51,021 bases of DNA from Octopus sinensis (GCF_006345805.1 NW_021834412.1:1-51021), one strand, 5' to 3'. Positions 13,185 to 27,470 are shown, numbered from the stretch's first letter. The notes: a model not told the origin generated them from the letters alone. Translations and numbers: made by a program.

Positions 13185-14472
13185 GAACTTAACGATTAAA
13201 ACAAATCAATTTAACATTCTTTTTTTAAAATTATTTAAACTCGATTTTTATTCTTATTTTTTGTTAAGTTAAACAGATTATTTATTGACAGACACCGCTA
13301 TCTCATTAAAAATTTAACAGTGACTAGGATTACTTATTTGACAAAAAAGTTGTGGCGTAGTGTCGAATATTTAGTTTTCACTAAATTTTCTGAGAAAATT
13401 ACATTTTAGTTTAAATCATATGATGTTTTGGCATCTTAGATCTATTCAAAAAAGATCTAATTTAAGAAGATCCATTGCAATTTAGTAGCAGTTTAGCTAA
13501 GTTCTTCTTTTAATTTACTTCGATTGAATGACTAATTAGATCATGTGCATAGTCAAACATAACTAATTGAATGGATTCATATTAAATTTTAGTCCAAACA
13601 AAATTTTGAAATTCAAATCTGACCATTAGCTAAGGTCATCGTTTTTAGGAAAATTGTTGTTAGAAGATAACTATACATTAGTCTTGTAAATAACTTTTTA
13701 ATCGTTTAGAGTTAATAAAAAACATTATCCAAAGTAGAAAATTTTAACTTCAGTTGCGATTGGATATTAGAAGTGACCTAAAATTAGATGAAATCTATCA
13801 ATCTGTAAATGTGGGTAATCACTAAGGGGATCCCTAACAAGAAGGCAAGTTGCTGCGAAGAGGTCTAAAACTTGTTTATTAAAAAATGGGCTTGTTAAAT
13901 CCCTTCTATGTAAGGAAATTATTTGAATAATCAATAAGATTACATTTCAGGAAAATGGTTTTATACTGGAATCACATATTTGATTCTAATTGAAGTGTAA
14001 AATGATGAAAATAACTTAGAAATATGATAAATTTTTTGAAACTATTGGCATAGAAAATTAAAGAATAATTAATCTTTAAAAAACCATACCAATTTTTTAA
14101 ATAATATTAATTATAAAGTTTTCCAACATGATAATTGTTTCGATATTTTAGCAACAAGCGACAATGATGGTTGAATTTTTAAAAGAATTTTGTCATTTGA
14201 TACTTTGTCGTACCATGTACTTTTAAAAGTTTATTCCAGCACTGTATTTCGGTGGATGATTTAAAAAAAAAATCTTGGTATCTGTTTTTACTGGAAAAAG
14301 AAAACAAGAAAGGCCAAAATAAATTTGTACATCACAAGTCATTAAAATAACCAGACATCTTTTTTGGAGACTGTAGAGCTGGTTAAAAACGAGGATTTGT
14401 AAAAAAATTGATCAATAAAATCGCAAATGGCTGGAATGGTTGGTTGAGCTGGTGATGTAGCTCTATTGCACA

Positions 14473-16550
14473 ATGTCTGGAAAACGCCTAAATTCAGTGT
14501 TGGGACTATCTATCGTCACTTTTAATGTCAGGGGAATCTCCAATACATATAAAAGAAAACAATTGTGCGAAGATTTTGAGAGATATAATGTATCAATCGG
14601 ATGTATACAAGAAACAAGGTCTTGGAAGGGGCTGATGAATCATATGGAAACTACCATCTAATCCTACTTCCCAGCACATCTAAGCACTATGGGCAGGGAT
14701 TCGCTGTCCGTAAGACTTTAAGCCCTGGAATTCATCGTGTATGGTGTGTAAATAATAGAATCTGTGTTTTGCAAATAAAGACACGCGACAAAGGAAAATT
14801 GAAGGAAATTATCTCCATTATTAATGTCTACGCCCCACATTCTGGGATTTTTGTGAAAGACTCAGAAGTTTTAACCATATTTTACTCTGAGCTATCTAAA
14901 GTCTACACCGAACTTGAATCCTCTTTCATAATATTCACTGCGGGTGATTTCAATGACAAAGTTGGCACTCAAAAAGGATCAGAACAATTCATGAGAAGAC
15001 ATGGACGCGGTACTTCCTCGCGAATTTTTGTCTGTTATATGACTGATTTATATGTAATACTGCTTTTCAGCACCCTGCACGTCACAAGACGACATGAACT
15101 GGTCGAAGGATGAATAGCACAGGAAAATCAATTGTATATATACAATCAAATTGATTATATTCTCTGTCGGATGAAGGACAAAAGCTTTTTGCTTGACTCA
15201 CGCTCTTATGAAGGATCAACTGTCAACAGTGATCACAAAATCGTTATGCCTAGGATCAGCATTAAAATGCATCTCGTGCGCTTAAAGAAAACTATACTCA
15301 AAAATTCCAGAGTAGCCGGATATATGATCGAAAAACTAAGCTTTAACCCACTTATTCAAAAAGCTTATCAACAACACATTGAATGTCCATTGAAAAACCT
15401 GGACATGGCTCAGTCGAATCAAGACATTTGAAATAGTTTAATTGAAGGGATACATACGACAGCGAATAAACATATCGGAAAGAAGATTGAAACTGGAGGA
15501 AAATTTATGAAAGCCTGCCATCCTGAAGTTCCAATGATATCCTTAAGGCAAAAAAATTTCAGGCTTAAATTACAAAATACTATTGACACGACCAAAAAAC
15601 AGATTTTAAAAACAGAATGTAATTCTTTGAAATGCCAAATAAAGAAACTAAACAACGAGCATATAATAAGGGCTAATATAAATGAAGTCGAAAACTTAAA
15701 AGATGGTGCATAAATGTTTGCAGGAAGGCATTCTAATCCCAATTCAAAACCACATAAGCCGAAAGGCCCTTTGGAGAACCTACGGCCGGTCATTCTTTTA
15801 AACTCTCTTCGAAAAGTACTTGCACTGATTATCCTGAACCGAATAAAAAAGCCTGTCGACGAATACCTCTCTGCCAGTCATAGTGGGTTCAGACAAGGGA
15901 GATCTACAGCGGATATTGTATGAAGCCATCGATGGAGATGCGGTATATCTCAAAGATTCAAATGTGCAACCACGCTTTTGGGAATTGACATGTCCAGGGC
16001 CTTTGACACAATAAACAGGGCAAAGCTGATTAAGGTGTTACAAAGCTTTTTGGATGAAAGCTCGGTTAGAGTAATTAGATTGCTTCTTGCCAACACTGAA
16101 CTTGAAGTAAGAATAAGAGGACACAAATCGATGAGTTTTGAAACGACACTGGGAACGCCTCAGGAAAACTCATTATTTCCATTGCTATTTGTAATATACT
16201 TGGAGTCGGTCTTAGAGATCTAAGACCATATTACAAAGGTGGAACCGAGGAAACAATTTATCCAGATGACGTGGACTTGATATCCGAAGACAAATTTTCA
16301 TCAATAGAACTCCTCGAACTTGCACCGGAGCAATTAAGAAAACGGTTTCTTTATTTAAACAAAGAAAAAACTGATCTCGTGGAAGTAACAAGATCAAATG
16401 GCAAAATCGATGAAAGATGGCGCATGTACAAAAACTTGGCTCTCTTCTGGGAGACAGTGAGGATATTGCAAGAAGAAAAATGCTGGCATCTGCAGCAATG
16501 CACAAACTCTGGAACGAATGGCTATCATATGGATCAGCGAATGTTCAATT
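14473..16550 (+). mobile_element. Decayed RTE-like LINE (APE endonuclease plus reverse transcriptase)
   Basis: APE motifs TFNVRG, IQETR, NVYAPH, GDFN, QIDYI and SDH are present, then RT motifs NLRPVILL, SGFRQGRST, IDMSRAFDT and GTPQ..LFPLLF. There are several stops and frameshifts. Confidence 0.85.
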
Positions 16551-16929
16551 AATGTGTTTTATCTTAGTCAATCAACGAATAAGTAAGATCCCAATCTCCA
16601 CAAGTTATAATTATGTCAAAACAGTTCAAAAATTTAATAAAATTGGATGGAAACCACCAATTTAAGAACAACTACTGCATAATAACGGTGGAATTTCCAT
16701 AAAATAGTAATTTTTCTTCGATTTTCTAAAACATTGACCAAATCCATCTTATTGAAATTAACCATACGTTTTTCTATTTTGATTTAGAAATAAAATTTCA
16801 TTTTTTACATTAATTACTAAATTTTGATACATGCACCAACATTGGGTGTCAATTTTTTTCCTGGCAAACGGATTGTTTATGTAACACCGCATCTATGCAC
16901 CCTGCAAGACATAAAACCACATGGACAGA

Positions 16930-17410
16930 GTTTAGAAAGAATTCTTGCTGCGAATTTATGAACATATACAACCAGTATAAGCTGTCGATCTAAAGATAAA
17001 GCACTTTTCACTGACGCAAGATTATATGGGGGGTCAATTATCAACAGTGACCACAAAATGGTCTTTGCCAGAATTTCATTGAATAAACATCTAATCAGGA
17101 AGAAAATAAATACCAAAAGGGCATACGGTATTTACAATGGAAAAAACTCGACTTAAATGGATTTCCATTACAATAAATGAGGGATAATTACAGGAAATGC
17201 TTTGATACGTATCTGAGAACTGTGGAAACAAATCAATCAATCTTCAAACTCTGAAAATAAATACAAGAACCAATAGGGGCAGCAGCGGATAAATAGCTCC
17301 TATACACAGAAATTGTCAGCAGATCACTAAGTGGAACAACTGAGATATTAATCCTTGTGAAGAAACAGAAATCTATTTGCCTGCAATATTTAAATACGGA
17401 TGACAAACAC
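16930..17410 (+). mobile_element. Second RTE-like fragment; related copy at 37690-38060 (-)
   Basis: It reads DKALFTDARLYGGSIINSDHKMVFARI, paralogous to 15180-15260. TTEILILVKKQKSICLQYLN is shared with the 37.9 kb copy. Confidence 0.6.
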
Positions 17411-17411
17411 A

Positions 17412-19415
17412 TCAAAGAAAACCTTGGCTGCGAAAAACATTATAGGAGTGTCGTCCGTCATGGCAAATTGGACTGGACGGATTGAAGTTCTTATCCAGTT
17501 TGTTTTGATAGTCGAGGAGTAAAGGATGATACCCACAGCGAAATCTTGCGAGTTCGACCTGATCTTTGCGGCTGAGATCCTTTTTAGCGGAGTTCATTTT
17601 TGGGAGGATTGTTGAGGACATTGTTTGTGGTTAGTGCGTTCAAGGAGGATTTTGTTATTAGTTCTTTTATTTCCGATGGTTTTTTAATAGAGAATGAGTT
17701 TAGGATACAGCAGTAGTGGAGTGCTAGTGTGTTTTTGATGTTCCTGTTAGGGGTTAGTGTTGTCGTGAGATTGTGACTTGGGTGTTTTTGATCATACTGC
17801 GGAGGCGAAGAGATGTCGAAATGGTCTCCAAGTTTGATCATGTTGGTTTCCTGATGCATATGGTCAATCGGAGTAGACTTCATACAACCCGTAATGATTT
17901 TGAGTGCTTGGTTTTGGATTGATTGTAACTTCTGAAGGAGTGTTTTCGACACTAGAGGCACCCATGATGGACTTGCGTAGTCAATGTGGTAAGAATGTAT
18001 TGTTTGTATACGAACATTCCTTGTTGTGTCCAAAGTCTGTTCTGGTTGGTGAGCGGAAAGTATTTATTTTGCATTTGCATTTGTGAGTCAGGTTTTCAAT
18101 GTGTTGGCGAAATGATAAAGAGGTCTCGTACGTTAGTTCGAGTATTTTGACTGTTTTAGTGTGGGGAATTTGAATATTGTTAATTCTGATTGTCGGAGTG
18201 GAATTGTGTTCTCGTGTATTACTTGTTAGAAGAGTGGCTGATGATTTAGTTGGTGATAGGGATAGCCCGTTTAGAGTGATCCAGTTATACATGGTACCAA
18301 TGAATGGTTGAACTTGAACATGCTGCCGTTGGATTTGTGTTTGATGACGTGATCGTATCATCTGCGTATAAGAACAGAGATACATTTTTGGGTGGTGTAG
18401 GAATGTCACTTAGGTAAGTGTTGAAAAGTGTGGGAGATAGGACTGAGCCCTGAGGTACTCCATTGGGAAGGATGAATGTATTTGAGCGTATTTTGTTGAG
18501 TTGGACATAACCTGTCTTCCACTAAGGTAATTGGATATCCATCGTTTTGAGTTATTATCGATATTTGTGTTGATGATTTTGTTTATTAGTGGGAGTCGCG
18601 GCATCGAGTCAAAAGCTTTGCTTAGATCCAGAGTGATTAATATTGTCTGAAGGGGAGGGTTTTTTTGTTGAATCCGTTTGATATTGTTTGTGTCATATTT
18701 GTGAGTAGAGTTGTCGTTGAATGATATTGTCTGAAGCCATGTTGGGTTTTGCTAATTGGAAGTTTATGAAATATTCTGTTTAAAATTAGACGTTCCACTA
18801 TTTTTGAGGAGGTGCACAGAAGTGTGATTGGTCTGTATGATGATGGGTCGGCAGCTGGTTTATGTGGTTTTCGTGACAATTTTCCAAATTTCCATATTCG
18901 TGGGATGGTGTTGTTGTTAAAAGATTCATTTAGTATCGATGTGAGATATTTTAATCCATGATCACCCAGACCTTTGAGGTGGAAACTGCTAATGTTGTCG
19001 GGTCCATTTGCATGGGATTGTTTAAGGTTGGCAATTACGTTTTTTTACTTCTTTTTGGGTAAATGGATTGGAATTGTGGTCAAGGGGATATTTCTGTACT
19101 CGTGGTGTGTGTGAGTGACAGTCTCGTTTTCGGTAGCTGATGTTCTTAAGTGTTTCACCAACAGATTAGCATGTTCTTTGTCAGTGGGTAGACCATTTTT
19201 GGATTTTATAGACTCATGGGTTTCTCTATTGAAAACAGCTTGGAGTTAACGATTCTGTTTATTGTTTTAAAGAGTGTTTTTGTTTTGTAGTTGAGGGTAT
19301 TTGCGCCAGTTTTCTTTTTTCCTTTCCTTGAGTTTGTTAGATATCTTCTTGTTTAGTTTCCTTTGTCGGGTGGCAATATCCGTGATTCCTGACCGAGACG
19401 TATTGTGTTTGAGGT
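17412..19415 (-). mobile_element. Decayed I/Jockey-group LINE (RT plus C-terminal Cys/His region)
   Basis: It reads GPDNIS, SYRPITLLCTSSKIVER, QHGFR, LDLSKAFDS, GVPQGSVLSPTLF and SYADD, with terminal LARFRCGYH...PIC...H. Confidence 0.85.
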
Positions 19416-19416
19416 T

Positions 19417-20441
19417 GTAACCAAAAATGATGAACGCTATCTTATCAGAATGTCAAAATTACACCCAAAAATGACCGCCAACGATCTTCTTATATGCTGT
19501 AACTTTTCCGGAAAAGTGAGTCTTTCGACAATTAAACGAATTTTGAGACGCAACAATTAATTCGGACGCATTGCAGTGAAAAACCAAAATTGACTGCATC
19601 TCAGGTTGATAAAAGATATACATGGTGTCTTACTAAAATTCCGTGGAATCAAGACGACTGGAATTTAGTGATATTTTCTGATGAATGCCGGATTCAGTTA
19701 AATCAGATGTCTAGGCAATACATAAGAAGACCCCCTGGATCAAATTACAGAAAGAAAATTCAATTGAAACTGTGAAATTCCCTTTATCAATTACGATATG
19801 GGGAGCAATTAAAGCAATGGGCAAAGATCAATTGTCCTTTGCCGAAAAACAGTCGACTCCGCCGAATATCAACGCGTTATAAAAGAAGGATTTGAAAATT
19901 TCATGAAGAAAATTATTTTTTCAACAAGATTGAGCAACATGTCATACATCAAAATCCACAAGAGCGTTTATGGCCGAAAACAACATAAACTCATGGAAAA
20001 ATGGCCAAGTCAATCTTAAATATAATTGAAAATCTATGGGCAATTTTAAAAAAAGAAGTTAAAAAATGTGGAGCATCAAGATTCAAGAATTATGGAATGA
20101 AACAAAGAAGGCCTGGGAAAACATTGATACAGGTGTGGTTATTAAGCTTTTTGAGTCAATTTCAAGAAGAATATCTTCGGTAGTCATAAATAATGGAGGA
20201 ATATTAAATTTTTGGATAATTTTGTCTTTCGTTATTGAAATGTGCTTCTAACATATGAACGATGTATTATTTTGAGTTTCTTAGTAAATACACATTATAA
20301 ACTAAATGTGCTCAAAAATTTTAGGTTAAGATTTTTTATTCAATAGTTTGTTATTAACAAAAAACTTTTTTCAAAAAATGACAAATAAGTGCCTTTTTTA
20401 GGGAAAAAATAGGGTGCCTCTAACATTTGGACGGGACTGTA
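19417..20441 (+). mobile_element. Tc1-family transposon, 3' half with right IR/DR terminus
   Basis: It reads WNLVIFSDE, FFQQD*ATCH and WPSQS-LNIIENLW. The terminus ...ctaacatttggacgggactg|TA ends at 20439, with an internal direct repeat at 20242-20261. Confidence 0.85.
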
Positions 20442-20444
20442 GAT

Positions 20445-21560
20445 CGCTGATAGGCGTAAGCCGTAATCCAACGATCAGGCTGCAGAGAAAGGAGAATATG
20501 TGGAAGAGAGCGGCGGGGCAAGATAAATATTGACAAGTTCGTATTTGCCGCAGTTTAGAGATATTCCGATCTTGAGGAAACCGAAAGTGATTCTGTTTAT
20601 ATCGTCTATAACGACCTCTTTGTGTTCACCAATCCTCACGTCATCTAAGTACCAGAAGTTAAAAGTAAACAGCATAGGCTCAATTGGTCACGCTACTGAA
20701 TACCACATTCAGACATGATAATTTGATCATGGATCAAAAGGCAGCTTAGGGAAAAATACGCCAGCTTCACGATTTTAAAGAACTAGGGGCAACGTAGAGA
20801 CAACTTCGAGCAGATGGTCCCGACGAACGCACTTGAAAGCGTTACTAACGTCCAGATTTAAGATGAACTTGCAGTCGGACTTTGACTGAGTTGGCGAATG
20901 CCGTGCACGAGAATTTCGCAGGCACTTTGGACGCCGACACCGTATTGAAACGAGAAGAACTCCAGACTCAAAGAAAGAACCACCATATGGGACATTATTT
21001 TGGTCGAGAGTCTCCTGAAGACGTTACCGACCGTAATGGCCCTCACGCCACCCTCGGCCTTCGACAGACAAATGAGCTCAACAAAGAAAAGAAGCTCTCT
21101 AGCGACGGTTGGAATCGCGCCCAAAACAACGTGCGAACAAAGACGAGTGACGGAAGATAGCAGATCCCCCCCGGGTTTGTGATTTTATGGGAACAGGAGA
21201 TCGCGATAATAGATAGGCTTTAGGCCGTCTATCCGCCTCTGTTGCTACACGCAAAAGACCACAGACGTGGTGATTGGGGTAGGCGGGACCGTATCTAACG
21301 ACGGTGTCGCTCGGAGGTCAGCAAAGACTTGGGGATGTTTGATTTGGAGATATTTAAGACAGCATCACACCGAGGACGAATAGCTCCCTGGAGGAGTTTG
21401 CTTTGAAATGCACAGGATAAACGCACTTCTGCACGTCCGGTCCGTTTTGGGGGTGCCTCCTTACTAGGGGCCTTGTGACAAACAGACGGCCAATGAGATT
21501 TGAATTTTGAATGAGCATAAAATGCACAGCGGATTTAATCCGGTGAGCAGAAGAAATATG
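20445..21560 (-). mobile_element. CRE-clade retrotransposon RT region, decayed
   Basis: It reads LICLSKAEGGVRAITVGNVFRRL, QYGVGV..ACE, LDVSNAFKCVRR and NFWYLDD. Confidence 0.8.
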
Positions 21561-21780
21561 TTTAGCAACACACGACCAAATTAGGTTTATAATTAAAGAA
21601 AATAAATTTTAAACTTATTTTTATTGAAAATTAATAAATAAAAATAAAAGCACTCAATTAAAAATTAATAAACCAATAATCAATAAAAATCGATTGAAAA
21701 ATCGCAATATCGATTTAATTATAAAAGGAAGTAATTAGCCGGTAGACTATATATAGACGTCTAATTAGTCAAAATAGAAA

Positions 21781-22914
21781 ATGGATTACTCGAATGTTGT
21801 TCCTTCGAAGCTTTTTGTTCGAAACTTAACACAAGAAATCTCCAATGAGGACTTGGAAAAAGTTTTTAAACATGTTCCCGGCTTTATCGAGTTAAAGTCA
21901 CCTAATAAATACGAGGCACGTTATGCCATATTCTCAGACTCTCAGAAAGGTAGGAGATTAAATATCTAATCTATTTAATAGCCGATAAAGCAGTTGAACT
22001 TATGGACGGACTCCCAGTGAATGGATGCAAACTTTACTTTATGAAAGATACATTTAACCTAACAACGACTTGGATTCAGCTGTGGGCGATGTCTAGCTCT
22101 TATGGACTTAAAGAAATGGAGAACTTTTTAAAGTCTTGTGGGGAAATTGAATCCATAAAAGTACTAAAAAATGTATAAAATGTAGATGGTTGTTGATGCG
22201 AAAAAGGGAAACGTTTGTCGCTGTCAATTCACGACTGAAAAAAGTGCAGAGACAGCTGTTAGATATCTTAACCGATCAGTAACTGACGAAAATGGCAAAC
22301 TGTATAATTACTGTTAATTACTGTCTAGAACATGCATGTATTTCTATCCTGATCATCAAATTATTACGAGCTTAAAAATCGATGGAATTAAAGATTTGAC
22401 TAAAAAGAATCTTTCCTATATTTTTGGAAAATTTGGCGATCTTATAGAAGTTCAAATTTTTGATGATGAAAAAAACGGGAGATACGCTATTGTTACTTTT
22501 ACTGATAGTGTTTCTGCAGAAAAAGTAATTTTTTCATTATATTTTTTAGGCCATGTATGCACGGGATGGTATGTTGGTAAATAATTCCGTTTTATCTGTT
22601 TTTCGACATTATTCTAATCGAAAGTTACCTCGACAGTATGGGCAAGGGAACATGGTCATAGTAAAAAATTTTGACCCGAAGTTACCTGAGACTGTCATTG
22701 CTGAAAAGTTCAAATTATTTGGAGAAATATCTAAATTGCTGGTTTATATATTATTGATAAAATCTATATTTAGATTGATAAAACTAGAAGGAATGGTTTT
22801 GGAGCTGTTTATTTCAAAGAAGCCATATCAGCGTTAGTTGCAGTTGATCAACTGCATGATTGCCAACTTTTAGGCTCAGAAATTCGAGGAAAAACACTTA
22901 GTGTTTCTCTTTAA
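21781..22914 (+). CDS. Protein of four tandem RRM domains (PABP-like layout, no C-terminal MLLE), 5 introns
   Basis: The spliced frame runs from ATG 21781 to TAA 22912-22914. It contains KLFVRNL, GEIESIKMV, FGKFGDLIEVQI..RYAIVTF and VIVKNF..FGEISKL..GFGAVYF. Confidence 0.8.
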
Positions 22915-23225
22915 CTGAAATTTATTTTTTTAACTTTTTTAAATAGCTTTATTCTACATTCTACACTAAATTGATCTTACATAAAACTTTGAGATCCTAG
23001 AGAACGACTGGCAATAGCTACTTTTCTAAATAGTCGCCGGCTTCTTACATAAGGATGATAACTAATATTTACACCTACATTTAATATAGGCTTAAAAATG
23101 ATTTTTTTAATAAGCCTTGTTGATTGGTCACTTAATTTTTCATTTAAATATTTTGTGGTCTTGTTTTGATGTACAATTTGAGAATAATTAATGGTTTTTG
23201 TAATTCTATAACATGAGAAACAAAT

Positions 23226-24680
23226 GTGATTAAACTCGGCTGGAATAATTTTTTGATGTCTATTGGGACATTTGCGAATCTTATGGAAAAGCCTACAGTT
23301 CTCGATGACATCGGGAATGACCATATAATAAGGGAGGTCAAAATCCATGCCGGCATTAAAAGACAAGAAAGTCAATCCATTTGGTATATCGTCTCAGAGA
23401 TCAATTGGCTGCACTTCAAAAGCTCCTTGAGTCCATTTCTTCAAGACAATAGTTGTCCGGGCAGTTACAGCTCTGTACTTGATTTTGAAGAGTTGATTAA
23501 CTTCATTCTATCTGATCCTCTACGCAACCAACCCACGCTTTGGCCACGTACAGAGGACGGGTCCAAACGTCACTGTGACGAACCTGCTCAACGAGAGAAG
23601 CGCATGAGAAACAAATTCAAACGCTTTGTGGACACGGCCACGGTTAAAGACATGATCTCTGAAATCGTTAGATAGCTAAAACTCGTGATAAAGCTGAACG
23701 CAGCCAGGAAATGGCAAAAGACTTGTAAAGATCTTGATCTCAAAAACCTAATATTATGGGACAGTTTTTATAAAGTGACAAACCTTAGAGGAAAATCCTT
23801 TCTGTCGAAGTTTTACAACCAATCCGGCATGTCTGCCCTGCCGAAGGAGATCCCAAATATATTCCCGAAACACTTGGCCAAAACCCAGTAAGCCTATCTG
23901 GGAATCGGAGCCGATTAGCAATCCGTTGGACAAGAAACAACGCATCGGGGCATGAAAAGCTATCGCTGCGGCGTTTAAGGAACCCTCCGAGGATTTGAAC
24001 GCATTCCTGGCAGACTTGTTTTTGGCAAGCCTGATATGGGGCCACGTGGCAAAAATGGAAAATCTCCGAAATTCCTGCGAAACCGGTGAATCTAGATAGC
24101 AGTTACCGTTCCATAAGCCTAATCCCAACCATCTAAAGGCTGATAAAAAAATCAAGGCCCCGACTTTCTTGCCGAGGAGAAAAACGTGCTGCTTTCATAG
24201 CAATGGGGTTTTCGCTCTGGGCGGACCTGCAGTGAGTGTTTCCTAACAGTTCAGTGGACTACAAAAAAACTTAATTTCTTATATATTTAGACATTTCAAA
24301 ATCTTTCGACAGCGTCTGGTACTGGGACCTATTGAAGAAAATCTGCTCCCAACAAAAAAGGCCTTTCTTTGGCTGCGGTGTTTCCTTTCGAACCGATTCT
24401 CATTTATATCTAAATTTGACTTCTACTCAAGATACATCACGCTCAGCAGGAAGGTTCCTCAAGGGTCTTACTTCAGTAAATTTCTATTTAACTTGATAAT
24501 GAGCAGTTTCCCCTTATCCCTGACCCCAGACATCCTTCCTCCTATACGCTCACGATGTTATCGCCCTGAACACCTCGATGCCTGGAAAAAACGGTTTTCC
24601 AGTTACATTGAGGATGTAAAAGAGTGATGCCTCAGTAAGCAGCTCTCGCTGGTCATGGCCAAATCTGCCTATCTCCAAAA
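23226..24680 (+). mobile_element. Decayed Jockey/I-like LINE (APE end plus RT)
   Basis: It has a GNDH endonuclease end, INWLHFKSSL and a GVPQGS-like RT motif near 24450. Many lesions are present. Confidence 0.6.
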
Positions 24681-26232
24681 TTAAGCAAAATCGAAGTATG
24701 ACTAAAAAGTCGTGTATTTAAAAAAGACTGAGAAAAAAATGTTTTATAATTGAATTTAAGGGGAAAACACAGTGCCTTATATGGTATGCGACGCTAAATA
24801 TATTAAAAACGTATACCATCAAACGACATTATTACCAGAACTCTACCAAATTTGACTTTTATCTAGATAAAAACCTCATTGATTAATACTTCCATTTTAA
24901 GCGGGTTAAGAAAAAGAAACTGATCTTATTGAAATCAAAATATTTAAAAAAACAACATATTTCAAAGTGGACCAACGAACAATGATACAACAATGGCTTC
25001 GTTGAAAATATTCTATTTGATTGGATCACATATGAAATAGTGATGCCGAATTACTCAAGGAGGCAATTCAGATATTTGCCAATGGATGTTGTTCTAACAT
25101 AATGCAAGACATTGCTAGAAAATTAACACTAAGTAATGATACTTAGTTATTAATAAAAAGAAACTAATTAACCGCGTAAAAATCGAAAAAACTCAAGAAA
25201 GCTTTCAAAAAGCATTACAAGGAACGAATGAACATCTATTTATCGCCCCATTTAATGAAATCTTGGGAAGAAACCTCGGGGCTACAGGCCCTAAAACTCC
25301 ACCACCGTGCCCTCACAGAAATTGTGCCGGGACTAGGGAGGAGCACCGGGCAAAGTTGAGGACCCTCCTCAGAGAAGCCGGGATCACCTGATTAATTAGT
25401 TTTATGTTTTGGACGGTGATCTTGGTTCTAATAATAATAAACTAATTAACTAAGTAATTTTCTATCTAAGTTCAGAGCCTTCAAAGTGAGCAGAGGGTGG
25501 CACTCCAAGCACCTCCTCCCCTTCTTCATCCTCTTCTCTGGCACTGTAGACCTCCGCTGACTAAACGTCAGGAAAAAGCTGGATCAGCGAGCATCAAACG
25601 AGACACTCTCCAGAGTCCTCTTAAGAACAGTTGACTGCATATAAGCTTGTATAGAAGTAATGATGCTCATACGAGAAAAATACAATTAATATCAGATAAT
25701 ATCCAGAATCAGCTTATATCGTAATATGATAAAGTAAATTATCATTAGTGCTGCAAAAAATTTGTTTGTTAGTTCACTTAAAGACCGAGATACATTTCAT
25801 TTTTATTCACTATCTGAAAAAATGAGAAAAGTTCTAAAATATAGCATACAATGCAGATATAAATATATCGATGTTTGGATCTACATATGTATGTGAATCA
25901 ATATTTAGTAAAATTATTCGAATAAAAAATAAATATCGTAACAAACTCACAGATAACCTGAGTAAGCTGCTACGAACATCTGCAACTTTAATTATTCCGG
26001 ATTTCAATAACTTAATAAACAAATAATAATTTCATTTTTAGTTACAACACCTTTTGTTGTTTTACAACGAAAAGTTTAATGCTCTCCAAACTGGCTGCGA
26101 ACAACTTAGCAATCCGTAAAAGAGGGAAAATGCTGGGCGGCGCCCAAATTATTGGTAAAAATTATGGCGGTCTCGGCAAGTAAATTTAAATATTGATTTG
26201 GCCCCCAAAACAAAAATGTTAAGAACCGCTAG
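24680..26232 (+). mobile_element. hAT (Buster/Charlie-like) transposon remnant with nested retroelement pieces
   Basis: The N-terminal part reads GKTQCLI..YTIKRHY and LSNDT. The C-terminal part reads FGSTYVCESIFSKIIRIKNKYRNKLTD...PDFNNL. A TIR-like end aaaatgttaagaaccgctag lies at about 26213-26232. Confidence 0.65.
25435..25655 (-). mobile_element. R4/Dong-like 3' fragment, same family as 9000-9935
   Basis: The DNA is very similar to 9094-9290 (aactaattaactaagtaattt...cagagccttc...ctctggcactgtagacct). Confidence 0.75.
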
Positions 26233-26456
26233 ACTAAACCTACGAGGCTAAGTACCTAGCTAAGGAGATTAAGTCACGGGAGATACGGCAAGCCATTGAA
26301 ATTGCTCTTAGAAAATTCGAGCTAGAGCTAAGGTACAATTGAAGCCAAGACAAGGGAGCTTGTTACTTTGTGTTTTTTGAGATCTCTCATAGAGAAGAGG
26401 AGAACGTCTAAAGTCAGAATTAGTCAAATAATTAATTCTAATAATTCAGTGTAGAC

Positions 26457-27470
26457 CAGGAGTGTCAAAATCAATTCTTCCGCGGGTCGGATAAAAAAAC
26501 TTTTTAATTATTTAAAAGCAGTTAACAACACATTTATTGACTTTTTATGATTAAAATATATTCCAGAAACTCGACATTGTTTTTTCTTCACAATAGCGTC
26601 GATATCTTGAGTTACCGTCAATTTAGAATCTACTTAGATAAGTCTAAGTGAACATTGATCGAAATCTTGTTTTGTTTATGTTAATTAAAAAAAAGTTGTT
26701 TTTCCAAACATTAACAAAATCCTTTTTAATTTTAGATTTACCCTGACACCCTTTTTTCTAGAAGATATGTCAAACATTCTTCAGAGTATTGAATTTTAAG
26801 AGATGCTTTAAAAAATAGATTTCCAGGAAATTTTACTAAAAATATAGTCCTGTCAAAAAGATTGAAAATTTAAAATAACCAATAAAAAGTACTGTAGATT
26901 TACAATTAATGACACTTTATGTGTCAAATCTGACGATCCAAATTTTTTCATCACTTTGGACAATGAAACTGAAATTAAGGTCAAGAAAAATTTTAAAATG
27001 TGTTCAGATTTTCGTAGCAATCATGTTTTTTTTCTTCTTGTAACGATTCATATCAAAATTTGATTCGGTGGAGATCACAATTTTCAAACAAATGCTCAGT
27101 GTTTTATACTGTCAATTGTGTCTCCCTTAACAGTACTTTCACGGTGAAAGCTTGTATGCATTCGAAATACCGTGGAAAACACAATTTTCAAACAAAAACT
27201 TAAAGAAATATGAATACAAGTACTTATCAGAACTAAAAGCCTTTCGAATATTGTAATTTCAAAAACTCAATTATCCTCCTACCAACAACAGAAATTTTAC
27301 ATTTATGAACTAAATTAGCTATTTTCCATCATAAGATAAAAAACTACTAAAATTCCTTTCTATGTTTAAAACTCAATTCTCTTTGTTTTTTTCCAAGAAA
27401 TTTTCTATCTGTGCAAAATCTTTAGTAATTGAATCATATTTTTTCTTTTGTTTAAATACAAAAATTGTTT
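26457..27470 (-). mobile_element. hAT (Charlie/SPIN-like) transposon, decayed; same family as 50190-51021
   Basis: The TIR caggagtgtcaaaatc follows an NNNTANNN flank (gtgtagac). The 3' region is homologous to 50320-50510. Confidence 0.7.

Noticed and set aside
22977-24155. Minus-strand ORFs of 132 and 133 aa
   Set aside because: They are antisense shadows of the decayed plus-strand LINE.
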